A DNA stretch of 64,000 nucleotides. Source: a virus. Its lineage: Duplodnaviria; Caudoviricetes. Of this stretch, positions 37,538-46,506 are shown in pieces. The position numbers were made by a program, and so were the translations under genes. The stretch lies in the IMG/VR virus record IMGVR_UViG_3300010429_001449; one strand, 5' to 3'. Numbering within the stretch: position 1 is the stretch's first letter; every line of letters begins with the position of its first letter. Below the pieces are notes generated by a model. The model worked only from the letters and a program-made list of their open reading frames with translations, was not told where the DNA came from and searched no databases.

Positions 37538-38998
37538 CTATGACTCCGACCACACCGACTGGCGTGGGGCACTCACTGGTCTCAACATCACATTAAACTC
37601 TTCGACGAATGGAATGTCAATCGCAAAATCGGGGCGAAGGAACGTTCTTGCGACGACTTCTATCTGGAAATTCTTGGCATACAAGGCCGTTCCTACACGG
37701 TTTAAGTCGTCCATCGGCGATGCCCCTACGATTGCGAAAACCGTGTCTAGGGCCAACGAGGTCAGATCGCGGTACTGCGTCAGGGCGCGTTCTAGGGCGT
37801 CATTCATGGCCACGGCTTCGTGGTGCTTGTTCGAGAAACTGGTCAGGCGGATGGTGGATCGATGGTACGTTTGATGATAGGTTGCCCTGGCTACGCGACG
37901 CCCGTTGGATATTTCGTTCAAAAGGTGGCCTTGCCGCAGTTCCCTCTCTTCCGTGGCGGTTGGGATGAACGCTACGACAGACGGGTTGTTGGTGTTGTAA
38001 AAAATTTCTTCTGCGGTGATGAAAACCCGCGGTACGGCAAAAAGCTCCGCGCTCAAAACGCCTGTTTGCGGCGACGAAAGGATGATTCCTCTCCCGTCCC
38101 CTGTAAGAGCGCTGTACAAGTTCGTTGTCATCGTCGGATCATCGGTCAGGTTGAATACTTCAACCGGAGATGTCAGATGATCCCAGTTGTGATCAACCTG
38201 AAAGGTCGTAACACCGTTGGCGGAGGGGTCTGTCCATTTCGTACTTACAGCCAAAATACCATCGAGATAGCGTTTTACGCTCCTGAACATATCCTCGTTG
38301 TGATTGTAACGATAGTCCACAAAGTAGAGAACGCCCTGCAAACCCGGCGTCCTTTGTCCGTCCGTCGAAGGAGTAAGCTTTACGGCTAGGCGAATCTGCG
38401 GATCACTTCGGTTGAACGGGAATACGTTAAAGCCTTCATCCGCCTCGAAAACCGTGTTCCAGCGCGTAGCCAATGGCCCTACGGCCTCTTGCCACGCGCC
38501 GGTATCCCAAACGAGCCACGTGGCTCCGTCGTCGGGGGAGAGCCTGTAAGTTACCGAACCGCCGTACTCGTACGACTTCATGCGCCCGTCGCCGACACGG
38601 AATCCGAAACCGAAAACGTCTGGGTAGTGATGATCCGGCCCTAACGGATGAAGCCCGGTTCCATGACCGTAAGGAACCAATGTGGGTTCAACGAGAGGCG
38701 CACCGTTGGCGAAAGCTCCGTAACCGAAGTAGGACGGGCTGACATTGGCAGACGGCCCTACACCGCCCCACGTAATCTCCATAGGATAAAAGCCGAAAAG
38801 ACCGCGAAGCGCTTGCGGCTTCCAGTTTGGGAGAATCACTGTCGTTTCGTAATAGCGGCCAAACGGGTCGTACTGTGTCTGCGCAGCATTCAACCGTCTC
38901 AGTTTGAGCCGCCAAGCCGAATCAACGAAGGCTTTTAGGTCGTCTTCAAATACGAACCGCGAGGGGTGATCGAACAAGTGCAAGCCGTAGGCCATCAA
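37538..38998 (-). CDS. Neck / tail terminator-like protein with N-terminal extension
   Basis: Position before the sheath. C-terminal alpha/beta pattern resembles tail terminators. Confidence 0.5.
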   Translation of the reverse strand: MMAYGLHLFDHPSRFVFEDDLKAFVDSAWRLKLRRLNAAQTQYDPFGRYYETTVILPNWKPQALRGLFGFYPMEITWGGVGPSANVSPSYFGYGAFANGAPLVEPTLVPYGHGTGLHPLGPDHHYPDVFGFGFRVGDGRMKSYEYGGSVTYRLSPDDGATWLVWDTGAWQEAVGPLATRWNTVFEADEGFNVFPFNRSDPQIRLAVKLTPSTDGQRTPGLQGVLYFVDYRYNHNEDMFRSVKRYLDGILAVSTKWTDPSANGVTTFQVDHNWDHLTSPVEVFNLTDDPTMTTNLYSALTGDGRGIILSSPQTGVLSAELFAVPRVFITAEEIFYNTNNPSVVAFIPTATEERELRQGHLLNEISNGRRVARATYHQTYHRSTIRLTSFSNKHHEAVAMNDALERALTQYRDLTSLALDTVFAIVGASPMDDLNRVGTALYAKNFQIEVVARTFLRPDFAIDIPFVEEFNVMLRPVSAPRQSVWSES

Positions 38999-39420
38999 CC
39001 AACTCCGCCAAAGAAAATCGGCTGAATCACAACCTCTGTTGTAGTTTCCGGCGGCGGCCTACCCGCTTGCGAAAACCACTCCCGCAGTTCAGGCGTAACG
39101 CCGACGACAACGCCCTTGACCAACGCCTCGAAAGCCGTAACAACGTCGTCGTCGCCTTCTACGCCAATGTACTTTTTGTCGTCTTCGTCAGACTCCATAA
39201 CGCGCAGCGACGAAACCAATTCTTCGCCGGTGACTTCCCGTATGGCTCCGATGACGTGCAGCACCTTGACGGCGTTGAACGCAGAGCCGCTGGTCATCTC
39301 GCGCATTATGGCATTGGCCACCTTCGGCAGCGCCGCCTGAGCGTTTACGTAGGGTGCCGCCTCGGAGATGACTAACTGAAAGTCTTGTTCGAAACCTTCT
39401 AGCTCCGACTCGAACGACAT
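38995..39420 (-). CDS. Putative neck protein
   Basis: Position, and a VTPELREW...TT.VVI.P motif seen in neck proteins. Confidence 0.5.
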   Translation of the reverse strand: MSFESELEGFEQDFQLVISEAAPYVNAQAALPKVANAIMREMTSGSAFNAVKVLHVIGAIREVTGEELVSSLRVMESDEDDKKYIGVEGDDDVVTAFEALVKGVVVGVTPELREWFSQAGRPPPETTTEVVIQPIFFGGVG

Positions 39421-39878
39421 CAGACAGACTCCCTGACTTTGCGGTCTTGCTCGAACTCAATCTTCCACATCAAGAACTGCCTGCGGAGAGGCGAGAAAGG
39501 CGCGGCCTGTATGATCCGGAACAGCGTCTCGTATTGCGTGCGCCCTTTGGACGGACATCGCGGATTAGGACCATCGACGAACATCTTTACGATGAGATCG
39601 CCTTTCTTAGGCCCCTCTCCGTTGGTGTATCCGGCAGCCCGCAACTCGTTATAGCGAAACACGGCGGTGCCCCTCGAAGGAAGGGCATCGCCGGTTGAGG
39701 TTCGCTGCGTACCGTTGAAATCACGCGCACCTACCAACTGACCCTTGACCTTCCGCGTCGAGTACTTTCGGTAAGACTCGGCTTCGCGGAAATCAGGGTC
39801 CATAGGTGTATTTTCGAGCACAGATAGCTCGAAGGTACACCAGTTCATGCGTACTGGTAGTATTGATGCGTGACTCAC
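39420..39878 (-). CDS. Putative head-closure protein
   Basis: DPDFRE...KKGDLIVK beta-rich pattern. Follows the adaptor. Confidence 0.55.
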   Translation of the reverse strand: MSHASILPVRMNWCTFELSVLENTPMDPDFREAESYRKYSTRKVKGQLVGARDFNGTQRTSTGDALPSRGTAVFRYNELRAAGYTNGEGPKKGDLIVKMFVDGPNPRCPSKGRTQYETLFRIIQAAPFSPLRRQFLMWKIEFEQDRKVRESV

Positions 39879-39905
39879 AGTGCATCGCTATTCAGGGAGT
39901 AGGCG

Positions 39906-40115
39906 TTAGAACGACTGCGGGCCGAACGTTCCGTAGAAGTACGCCGCCCAACGAGCCTGACCTACCTGGCGGGCGACCTGATTCTGAATCGCCTCGTAGT
40001 TGGTCATGATCGTTGTTAGCTGTTCCCTAGCCAACAGCTTGGCCTGAGTGTCCGGACTGATCATGAGAACACGGCCAGAAATCGCGGCATCGCGGGGACC
40101 AGAGGTGAAAGCCAT
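39906..40115 (-). CDS. Small hypothetical protein
   Basis: Strong SD AGGAGG before ATG 40115. Confidence 0.65.
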   Translation of the reverse strand: MAFTSGPRDAAISGRVLMISPDTQAKLLAREQLTTIMTNYEAIQNQVARQVGQARWAAYFYGTFGPQSF

Positions 40116-40129
40116 TGTCAATCCTCCTG

Positions 40130-41047
40130 CTAAACGACTCCGATGTAGAGTCTGTTACTACTGTACTGCTGCAAAATGTCGTCCACTTCCGGATTGCCGG
40201 TAGTGAATTCGCCGCCGCCGGGACCGTAGTCCACGGGCAGCTTCGTTAACCCATAAGAATAACCTTCTACACTCTCGTTTGTCAACCGCTTTGTAAACCA
40301 CGGCGGACATTCAACGTCTGCCCAGCCCATCTGCTCGCCTTTGTCCAGAATGAGCAGGATGGTGGCTCGCTTGATGAGGAACGGAATACGACCGAAACGA
40401 GTGACTTTGCTGTTCTGCGTGATCGAAACAGAAGTCGGCTCAACAAGAAAGCGGCTCAAAGCAGTGTCTATGGCTTTGATTTCGCGGGGGACAGAGTAAG
40501 GCCACGGCGTATCACCGATAAGGATTACGTCGCCGACCTCAATCGTTTCGGGAATCGTGTTGACCGGAATGTGAATCGAGCCTTTAGGTACAGCGGCGGT
40601 CAACAACATTTCCTCTTTGTAGTAGTCGTCTTCAAGCCATCCAAAAACACCATCAAGCTCCACGAAACGCGGCTGCGAAGGCAGATAAGCGCGGTAGTCC
40701 AGCATCCGGACATAACGATCCATCCGCTCCCAAGAAATGCTAGGAAGAGTCATCAAGACCAAGCCAGGCTTGGCGATCTTTACGGCGTCCAGACGAAGGA
40801 TAGGGATGAAGTACGGGGCCGCCACAACCGACGATCCGTGCGCGTCCAGCCGCTCGTTCAGGCGAACGGGCATAAACCACTGGCGCGTGAGAAGATTGAT
40901 CCACTGACTCATGCGCCGGATGAACGCCCTTGCGCGGTCGTCATCGATGTATTCTTCGGAGATGTCCTCGGCGCGGAGTTCGTCCAGCGTGATGTAAGAA
41001 AAATCACCCGAATCTGGCTTGAAGATTTGATCGGGCATTTTAGACAC
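40130..41047 (-). CDS. Head-tail adaptor/connector with inserted domain
   Basis: YITLDELR...I...T.QWF, GVFGW, IP.LIKRA, ESVEGYSY, TG..EVD.IL..Y. Confidence 0.78.
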   Translation of the reverse strand: MSKMPDQIFKPDSGDFSYITLDELRAEDISEEYIDDDRARAFIRRMSQWINLLTRQWFMPVRLNERLDAHGSSVVAAPYFIPILRLDAVKIAKPGLVLMTLPSISWERMDRYVRMLDYRAYLPSQPRFVELDGVFGWLEDDYYKEEMLLTAAVPKGSIHIPVNTIPETIEVGDVILIGDTPWPYSVPREIKAIDTALSRFLVEPTSVSITQNSKVTRFGRIPFLIKRATILLILDKGEQMGWADVECPPWFTKRLTNESVEGYSYGLTKLPVDYGPGGGEFTTGNPEVDDILQQYSSNRLYIGVV

Positions 41048-41474
41048 TCCTCTGGCGTCGGGTTCTGGCGAAATGGTAGAACATCACAGGATCAGCCATG
41101 TCTTCACTAACCACACGCCAAATCTTTGCCGGTGGCAACCCCTTGTCAGACGGCGCTTTTCGCGTATCCCACAAAGAAACCTTACCCTGCTCCGAAGCTT
41201 CTGCCAAAGTCTGCCCGGAGCGGGGTTCTATTGGAGGAAACGGGCCAATCAAGTTGCCATTAGCGTCCGATTCCCGATAGAGATAAACGCCACTGTCCGT
41301 GTTCCCTTGGAACAGGAAGTAATCTCCATCCTCATCGGCCACCTCCGTAGGCACGCCCCCCGACCGCATTCCCGTGCTAGGGTCAAGCACTCCTGCTTCA
41401 AAAAAGTAGAAGTTGCCGGAAGGCGTGGTTACGGCTTTGCGACCTCGTTGTTGCATCACAAACCAGCGGGACAT
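41040..41474 (-). CDS. Hypothetical head-associated protein
   Basis: SD GGAGG before ATG 41474 (MSRWFV). Confidence 0.65.
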   Translation of the reverse strand: MSRWFVMQQRGRKAVTTPSGNFYFFEAGVLDPSTGMRSGGVPTEVADEDGDYFLFQGNTDSGVYLYRESDANGNLIGPFPPIEPRSGQTLAEASEQGKVSLWDTRKAPSDKGLPPAKIWRVVSEDMADPVMFYHFARTRRQRSV

Positions 41475-41494
41475 CCTTTTCCTCCAATAAGTGT

Positions 41495-41523
41495 ATGATA
41501 AGCCCTCTATCCCCGCAGAGCAA
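41495..41523 (-). promoter_or_regulatory. Possible sigma70-like promoter for the neck genes
   Basis: TTGCTC-17-TATCAT. Confidence 0.45.
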
Positions 41524-41524
41524 C

Positions 41525-41560
41525 CAAAAAGAAGGGGCGGCCACAATAATGGCCGCCCCT
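41525..41560 (-). terminator. Rho-independent terminator
   Basis: AGGGGCGGCCA-TTATTG-TGGCCGCCCCT followed by TCTTTTT. Confidence 0.85.
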
Positions 41561-41640
41561 AATCTTACCGGTGACTCCGTTGGAGGCTGTCGTCAGAGCC
41601 ACCTCGAACCGCACCAGCCGGGAACCGGTGCTATGCTATT
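41525..41640 (-). ncRNA. Candidate small RNA of about 115 nt
   Basis: Bounded by a consensus promoter and a strong terminator. No translatable ORF. Several hairpins. Confidence 0.55.
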
Positions 41641-41646
41641 AAACAT

Positions 41647-41675
41647 AGTCTAATCGTCCGGAGTAGCGTTGTCAA
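41647..41675 (-). promoter_or_regulatory. Sigma70-like promoter
   Basis: TTGACA-17-TAGACT. Confidence 0.75.
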
Positions 41676-41681
41676 GAGGCT

Positions 41682-42503
41682 TCAAGAGATTTTTTGTGAG
41701 ATTTGTAAGTCCTGTGCAGCGGCGTCTGTGTCCGTGGGCATTTCCGCAATAAGCGGCGCGAACTTGTCCAGATTGTCTAGGACGTATTTCGGGTAGGTTT
41801 CGTCCACCGGCACTACCTTGTATCCGTGGGTGTCCTTATCGTAGATGTCTGTGCCTCTCCTGATTGCGTTTTCGATATGCTCCTGCGCCGTCCATTCCGG
41901 CTTGTTGCAGCTAGTCTGAGATAACATACGGATTTTGTCTGCGATCTGCGAAGCCGTGCCAAGATAGCTCCAGTGCCAGCCACAATAGCTCAGTCTCTCG
42001 CCTGCCGACTCGCGGAGCAACGTCCAGCGCGATTTGTCCGCCGTCTCGATTGTGTTGCGGCGCACGCCGACTGTACCCCCTGATCTATCGCTCGGTTTGT
42101 AGCGTTGAATGTTAAGACGGTAGCAATAAAGTTTGTGAACGCAGAAAAACGGAGGCTCCACGCCAGCTATGTCGGTTGAGCGCGGGATTTCGTCAATATC
42201 CGAGATAAGCACCAGCGCGTCAGGCTCCATCTTGACATTCCTCACACAGGCATTGCGCTGATGCCGCTGACGCCCCCACGCGCTGTTATTTGGCATTGTG
42301 ATCTTGAGATATTCGATCCTGTCGGCGAACTCCGCAAAGCGATCCATTACAGGCTCCAGAACCCACGGTTTAGGCTCCCCCGGAAACGTTTTGTCGGCCT
42401 CGACGACTACGAAGCGGTCGACTAGATCGCTGAGTTCGTGAAGGCGAATATCGAGCAGGACTAGCTCGCGCTCGTGGCCAAGCATTACACAGTCGTATAT
42501 CAT
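41682..42503 (-). CDS. Glycosyltransferase family 17-like (MGAT3 / beta-1,4-GlcNAc transferase-like)
   Basis: IYDC....E...L.IRLHEL...VD.FV.VEA..TF.G.PKP, W.R..HQRN, ISDIDEIP, GWHWSY, I..KI motifs. Confidence 0.88.
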   Translation of the reverse strand: MIYDCVMLGHERELVLLDIRLHELSDLVDRFVVVEADKTFPGEPKPWVLEPVMDRFAEFADRIEYLKITMPNNSAWGRQRHQRNACVRNVKMEPDALVLISDIDEIPRSTDIAGVEPPFFCVHKLYCYRLNIQRYKPSDRSGGTVGVRRNTIETADKSRWTLLRESAGERLSYCGWHWSYLGTASQIADKIRMLSQTSCNKPEWTAQEHIENAIRRGTDIYDKDTHGYKVVPVDETYPKYVLDNLDKFAPLIAEMPTDTDAAAQDLQISQKIS

Positions 42504-42543
42504 CTTGGTTATGTCTCCTTGACGACGGCGTCAACGTTTGGGC

Positions 42544-42572
42544 ATTCTAGCGGACAGCCGGAGTTCAATCAA
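42544..42572 (-). promoter_or_regulatory. Promoter for the GT17-like gene
   Basis: TTGATT-17-TAGAAT directly after the capsid terminator. Confidence 0.55.
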
Positions 42573-42574
42573 AC

Positions 42575-42610
42575 AAAAAGGGCCGCTCGAAAGCGGCCCT
42601 TTTGCTTTTT
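42575..42610 (-). terminator. Rho-independent (possibly bidirectional) terminator after the major capsid gene
   Basis: AAAAGGGCCGCT-TTCG-AGCGGCCCTTTTT. Confidence 0.88.
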
Positions 42611-42626
42611 GCTGGCGTTCTGTGGC

Positions 42627-43997
42627 TTACAGAACCAGATCACGCCGACGGATGTTGATGACCTTCACAACAGCGTCAACGTTTTCAACCTTCGCATCCA
42701 CCTGGTTGTACACGATGGTTTCGATTTGGTCTGTGTTCTTGTTGAACTCGGTGAAGATTCTGGTTCCGTCCAGAATGCCCCACACGAAGTTGCGCGGGTT
42801 CACGAGCCACATGAACGAGCCTTCGGGTACTACGTTCGGGCCAGCGGCAGCACCGGTGATGGTGACTGCGGCGGCGGGCCAGAACGGTCCGACCGGGACG
42901 CCCGGAATCAAGCCGAGGGTCGTGTATGCCTGTGAGGCTACGGCGACCGGCTGAATGGCGATGCTGGACGCGCCGCCTACCACCGGGGATTCCAGACGGA
43001 CACGACCCATACGGTCGTCGCGGGCTACGTTACTGTAGTCGCGGCCCGTGGCGATGTACGCGCCGTTCGTCGAGATGGCCTGGTTGATTGCGTAGGCGAC
43101 TCTCGTAGCCTCGATTTCGCCGTGCGGCAGCGTGATGGTCACGTTACCAACGGCGTCAAGGTTCAGGATGAGGGTGTCGTTTGCCGACGTGATCGTGAAC
43201 GGGCGGAACTCCACGCCGACCAACTCAGCCGGAACGGCTGTCTGGACGGTGATAGGTTCTTCGTCCTCAATCAGCGGCACACGCACCATCGGACGACCCA
43301 ACGGAGCCATTTCCGCGCCTTGGAGGGCGGCGTCGCCGAGAATCGTGCCACGGTCGGCTACGACGTCGATCCAGTCAACTGCGATGGCGTCGGAGACGAG
43401 CCACTTGAGTTGCGGATCGTGCTTGTACTGCTTCGGCATCCTGCGCAGAGCGAGCGCGAACAGACCCTTCTGGATGGACGAGCCTTGCGCGTCGACCAGA
43501 TGCGCACCGTCGTTGGTCTGCACGTTCCAGCCGTCCAACCGGCGGAGCAGCCTGCCGCGAGGCTCGGTGCCTGCGTAGGTCGTGTCGCCGTTGATGGCCA
43601 GGTCTTCGAGGTCGGTTGCGATACGCTCGATCATCGCATTCATGACCGTGACCTCGAAATCGTTCTGCTCGATGTTGCCCTGCAGAACTTCAGTCGTGAT
43701 GTTCCACGCGCTACGCAGCTTCTGCGCAGTCAACTGGAAGCGTTGGAACTTGGCGCGGGCCAGATTGCCGGTGTCGGTGGCTTCGTCAACCGATTCCGTA
43801 ATCGGCTCGCCAACCCACATCTTGTCAACGTCCATCAACGGACGCGGCATTCTGATGAAGCGAACCATCGGAAGCAGCACGGAAAACCGCTTCACGAGTA
43901 CGATGAACTGTTGCTGCTGAGCGGGGTTCAGCAGACCACCCGTGATCATGTCACCAGTCTGGATGGATTTTTCAATCGTTTCCTGATTTCCCATCAT
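42627..43997 (-). CDS. Major capsid protein (HK97 fold) with an insertion of about 135 aa
   Basis: GGLLNP.Q...F, I..E.L..NIE, A.DLEDLAINGD, L...DGW, MP.QY, L.NP.N..WG motifs. Follows the scaffold and has a strong terminator. Confidence 0.92.
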   Translation of the reverse strand: MMGNQETIEKSIQTGDMITGGLLNPAQQQQFIVLVKRFSVLLPMVRFIRMPRPLMDVDKMWVGEPITESVDEATDTGNLARAKFQRFQLTAQKLRSAWNITTEVLQGNIEQNDFEVTVMNAMIERIATDLEDLAINGDTTYAGTEPRGRLLRRLDGWNVQTNDGAHLVDAQGSSIQKGLFALALRRMPKQYKHDPQLKWLVSDAIAVDWIDVVADRGTILGDAALQGAEMAPLGRPMVRVPLIEDEEPITVQTAVPAELVGVEFRPFTITSANDTLILNLDAVGNVTITLPHGEIEATRVAYAINQAISTNGAYIATGRDYSNVARDDRMGRVRLESPVVGGASSIAIQPVAVASQAYTTLGLIPGVPVGPFWPAAAVTITGAAAGPNVVPEGSFMWLVNPRNFVWGILDGTRIFTEFNKNTDQIETIVYNQVDAKVENVDAVVKVINIRRRDLVL

Positions 43998-44052
43998 TGT
44001 TTCTTACTCCACACGCAAAAATGCGTCAGTCACAAAGGCCACCGAGAGATTT

Positions 44053-46506
44053 CTACTTTCTCGGAGCGGGATACTGTGCCAAGGCGCTCTGAGCGGACTT
44101 GCGGATGATGCCGCCCCAGAAACCGCCACCTGTCTGCTGCGTCTTCTCTACAATCTCGTCGCCCTCGTTGAGAGTAGCATCCGGGCCGCTTTGAGACGGC
44201 TGGCTGGTCTTCTCAACGCTGTTGAGACGCTTCTGAACGTCATCGAGCTTGGCCGCGAGGTCCGTAAATTCCTGATGGAACGGCTTCATGGCCCTTTCGA
44301 TGGTCTTCGACAGCATCTCGGTCTGCGCCGCAACAGTCTGCTGGGCGGCGGCTTCGAGGCTCTTTCCGAACGCTGCGTTCTTCTGGTCAGACTGAAGCTC
44401 TTTGGCCTGCCGCAGGGCAAGCTCAATGATCTTCATGTAGTCCTTGCCAGTGTCCGGAGCTTTCGTGGTCTTCTCTTGACCTTCTGCGTACGTGGGCAGT
44501 TTCCGCGTGTCCGAGACAGACGATCCGGCAATGTCAGCGTCCGATCCCTTTCCGGGGAACTCGGTCGGTAGACCTTTTCCGGCACTCAGATCGCGTGGAG
44601 CGGCAACTTCGTTGTCCTTCCACTGCTCCGCTTGCAGACCGCGAGAAGACGCTTCTTTCTCCAGCGCTTTCCTAACAGCGTCCAGAGCCGCGTTGATTTC
44701 GGGTCTCGATGTAATGTCTTCGCCAGTCTGTCCGACGGACTCTTGGAGCTTCTTCTCCAAGCTGGCGATATCTCCGAGCAACGACGCCGTCTTCAATTCC
44801 GGCTCAGGGATAGGCGGAAGAGGCGGCTTCTTTCCGGCAGGAGCCGGTTTCTTGCCAGCCATCGGCGTTTCGGGTTTCTTTGCGTCAGTAGGCATCATGG
44901 GTTTCTTTCCTGCGGGAGGCGGGGGTCCGGGTTTCTTTCCTGCGAGAGGCGGGGGTCCGGGTTTCTTATTGCCAAACGGCGGACCCGGCTTCTTGGCTCC
45001 GGGGGTAGAACCGCTGTCGGGTACGCCAAGAGGAGGCGTCTCGTCCTCGGCTGGACCCGCTTTGCACGCTTTGCCTTCTTCTTCCAACAGATCGGTGCCT
45101 TCGCCAACATCATCGCCCATAGGCAGCGGCGGGGGCGGAGGCGGAGGAGGCGGCGGGAGCGGCGGAAGCTTCTCGCCGCTGTCTTCGCTCTCGCTGTCGC
45201 TGTCCGAACTGCTGGAAGAACTGTCGGAACTGCTTGAGGAACTGTCCGAACTGCTCGAATCGCTCGAACTGCTCGAAGAACTGGATGAATCGCTGCTATC
45301 GTCGTCTTCGCTCTTTTCGGAAGGGATAGCAGGCGTCATGGGGACGTTCAGCAGTTCTTCCTCCGGCAAACCGCCTTCGGCCCCAGCATCGGAGGCCAGT
45401 GGCATCTCAATCTGTTTCTTCATGTCATCCTCTTCGTCAAGAGTGTCGGGGTAGGCCGCCGTCAACTGATCGTCGATGGCTTTGATAAGCTCAGGAATAT
45501 CTTCCAGAGCTTTTTCACGTTTTTCCTTGCGGGACTTAAGGCCGGGGAACTTGGCATTGACCGCGCTGCGAACCTTGTTCCTCAAGGCTTCGAGGCTGCC
45601 GGTGTACCACGGCGGAACGGCGCTGTACTGCATTACGCGAGCAAGCGCGTTTCTTGCGTGGGCCAAGTCCGGAATTGGGAAATGATCCTTGTTATCCTTG
45701 ACGTTCTTGTCGTTAGCGTCAAAGATCGGCTTTGGCCGCGTGCGCCCTTTGGTACGCTCGCCGCCGCGCTTTTCCGGCTTTTCCTTCTTGACTTCTTCCG
45801 ATCCTGTGGCAGGAGTCGTTTGCGGCACGAAGCCCATAGAACGAGCAATCTTGCCCAGATTAGACAAGAAAGAAGCTCCGGTCTGAGCGTCCTTCGCCAG
45901 AATCTCGGCCTCTTCCTTCGTCGGCTCTGTCACAGGAATCATGCCTTTCTCAACGGCGAAATCGAGCGACTTCATCATTGCGCCGACGAAGCCCGTGCCC
46001 GGATTGGCCGCTTTTCCTGGCCTGGTAGTGCAGATGTGATCCAAGTTCACGTCGTCAATCTCGCGGATCAAGCCTTTTTCCGTGCGCATAACGCGGAAAG
46101 GATGAACGTCAAAGTTCAATTCTCCGCCGACGGAAAGCTGCTTCTGGCACTTACCGCCCTGCACCTCTTGGAAAAGCCGACGAGCCTGCGGATATTCACC
46201 GTCGAGTTCGATATCAACCTCTAGGCCATATCCGTTATTCGTCTTTACGACGTTGCCCTTCTTGGTTACTCCTATGCCGAATACGCTTCCGTGCGTCTCG
46301 TACAAAGGAAGCCCTCGCTCGACCTGTTTGGCCATTGAAGTGAGGGCGCGATCCGTCATTCTGTCGCGTTGAAGATCAACGCTATCGTCGGAGGCTATGG
46401 CACTGACGTGCATCTTCCCTTTTTCGTCGACATAGCCTTTGTTGATGGTTATGTCAAAATCAAAGGGAGCGGCCTTCCGAATCGGGTCAGCGGCTACACC
46501 TGTCAT
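44053..46506 (-). CDS. Prohead protease - scaffold fusion with low-complexity linker
   Basis: IASD..VD.Q.DRM, LY..H, LSVGG, LDHI..T....ANP.T protease motifs; FPIPD.AHARNALAR module; Ser, Pro and Lys-Pro repeats; C-terminal coiled coil ending ...FWGG. Confidence 0.85.
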   Translation of the reverse strand: MTGVAADPIRKAAPFDFDITINKGYVDEKGKMHVSAIASDDSVDLQRDRMTDRALTSMAKQVERGLPLYETHGSVFGIGVTKKGNVVKTNNGYGLEVDIELDGEYPQARRLFQEVQGGKCQKQLSVGGELNFDVHPFRVMRTEKGLIREIDDVNLDHICTTRPGKAANPGTGFVGAMMKSLDFAVEKGMIPVTEPTKEEAEILAKDAQTGASFLSNLGKIARSMGFVPQTTPATGSEEVKKEKPEKRGGERTKGRTRPKPIFDANDKNVKDNKDHFPIPDLAHARNALARVMQYSAVPPWYTGSLEALRNKVRSAVNAKFPGLKSRKEKREKALEDIPELIKAIDDQLTAAYPDTLDEEDDMKKQIEMPLASDAGAEGGLPEEELLNVPMTPAIPSEKSEDDDSSDSSSSSSSSSDSSSSDSSSSSSDSSSSSSDSDSESEDSGEKLPPLPPPPPPPPPPLPMGDDVGEGTDLLEEEGKACKAGPAEDETPPLGVPDSGSTPGAKKPGPPFGNKKPGPPPLAGKKPGPPPPAGKKPMMPTDAKKPETPMAGKKPAPAGKKPPLPPIPEPELKTASLLGDIASLEKKLQESVGQTGEDITSRPEINAALDAVRKALEKEASSRGLQAEQWKDNEVAAPRDLSAGKGLPTEFPGKGSDADIAGSSVSDTRKLPTYAEGQEKTTKAPDTGKDYMKIIELALRQAKELQSDQKNAAFGKSLEAAAQQTVAAQTEMLSKTIERAMKPFHQEFTDLAAKLDDVQKRLNSVEKTSQPSQSGPDATLNEGDEIVEKTQQTGGGFWGGIIRKSAQSALAQYPAPRK
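44815..45310. repeat. Coding low-complexity repeats in the scaffold gene
   Basis: About 30-bp (A)GKKPGPPP repeats (44815-45000), poly-Pro, and Ser/Asp repeats (45180-45310). Confidence 0.85.

Noticed and set aside
41585-41600. CTGACGA hammerhead-like core in the candidate sRNA
   Set aside because: The downstream GAAA and the stem II/III arrangement required for a hammerhead are missing.
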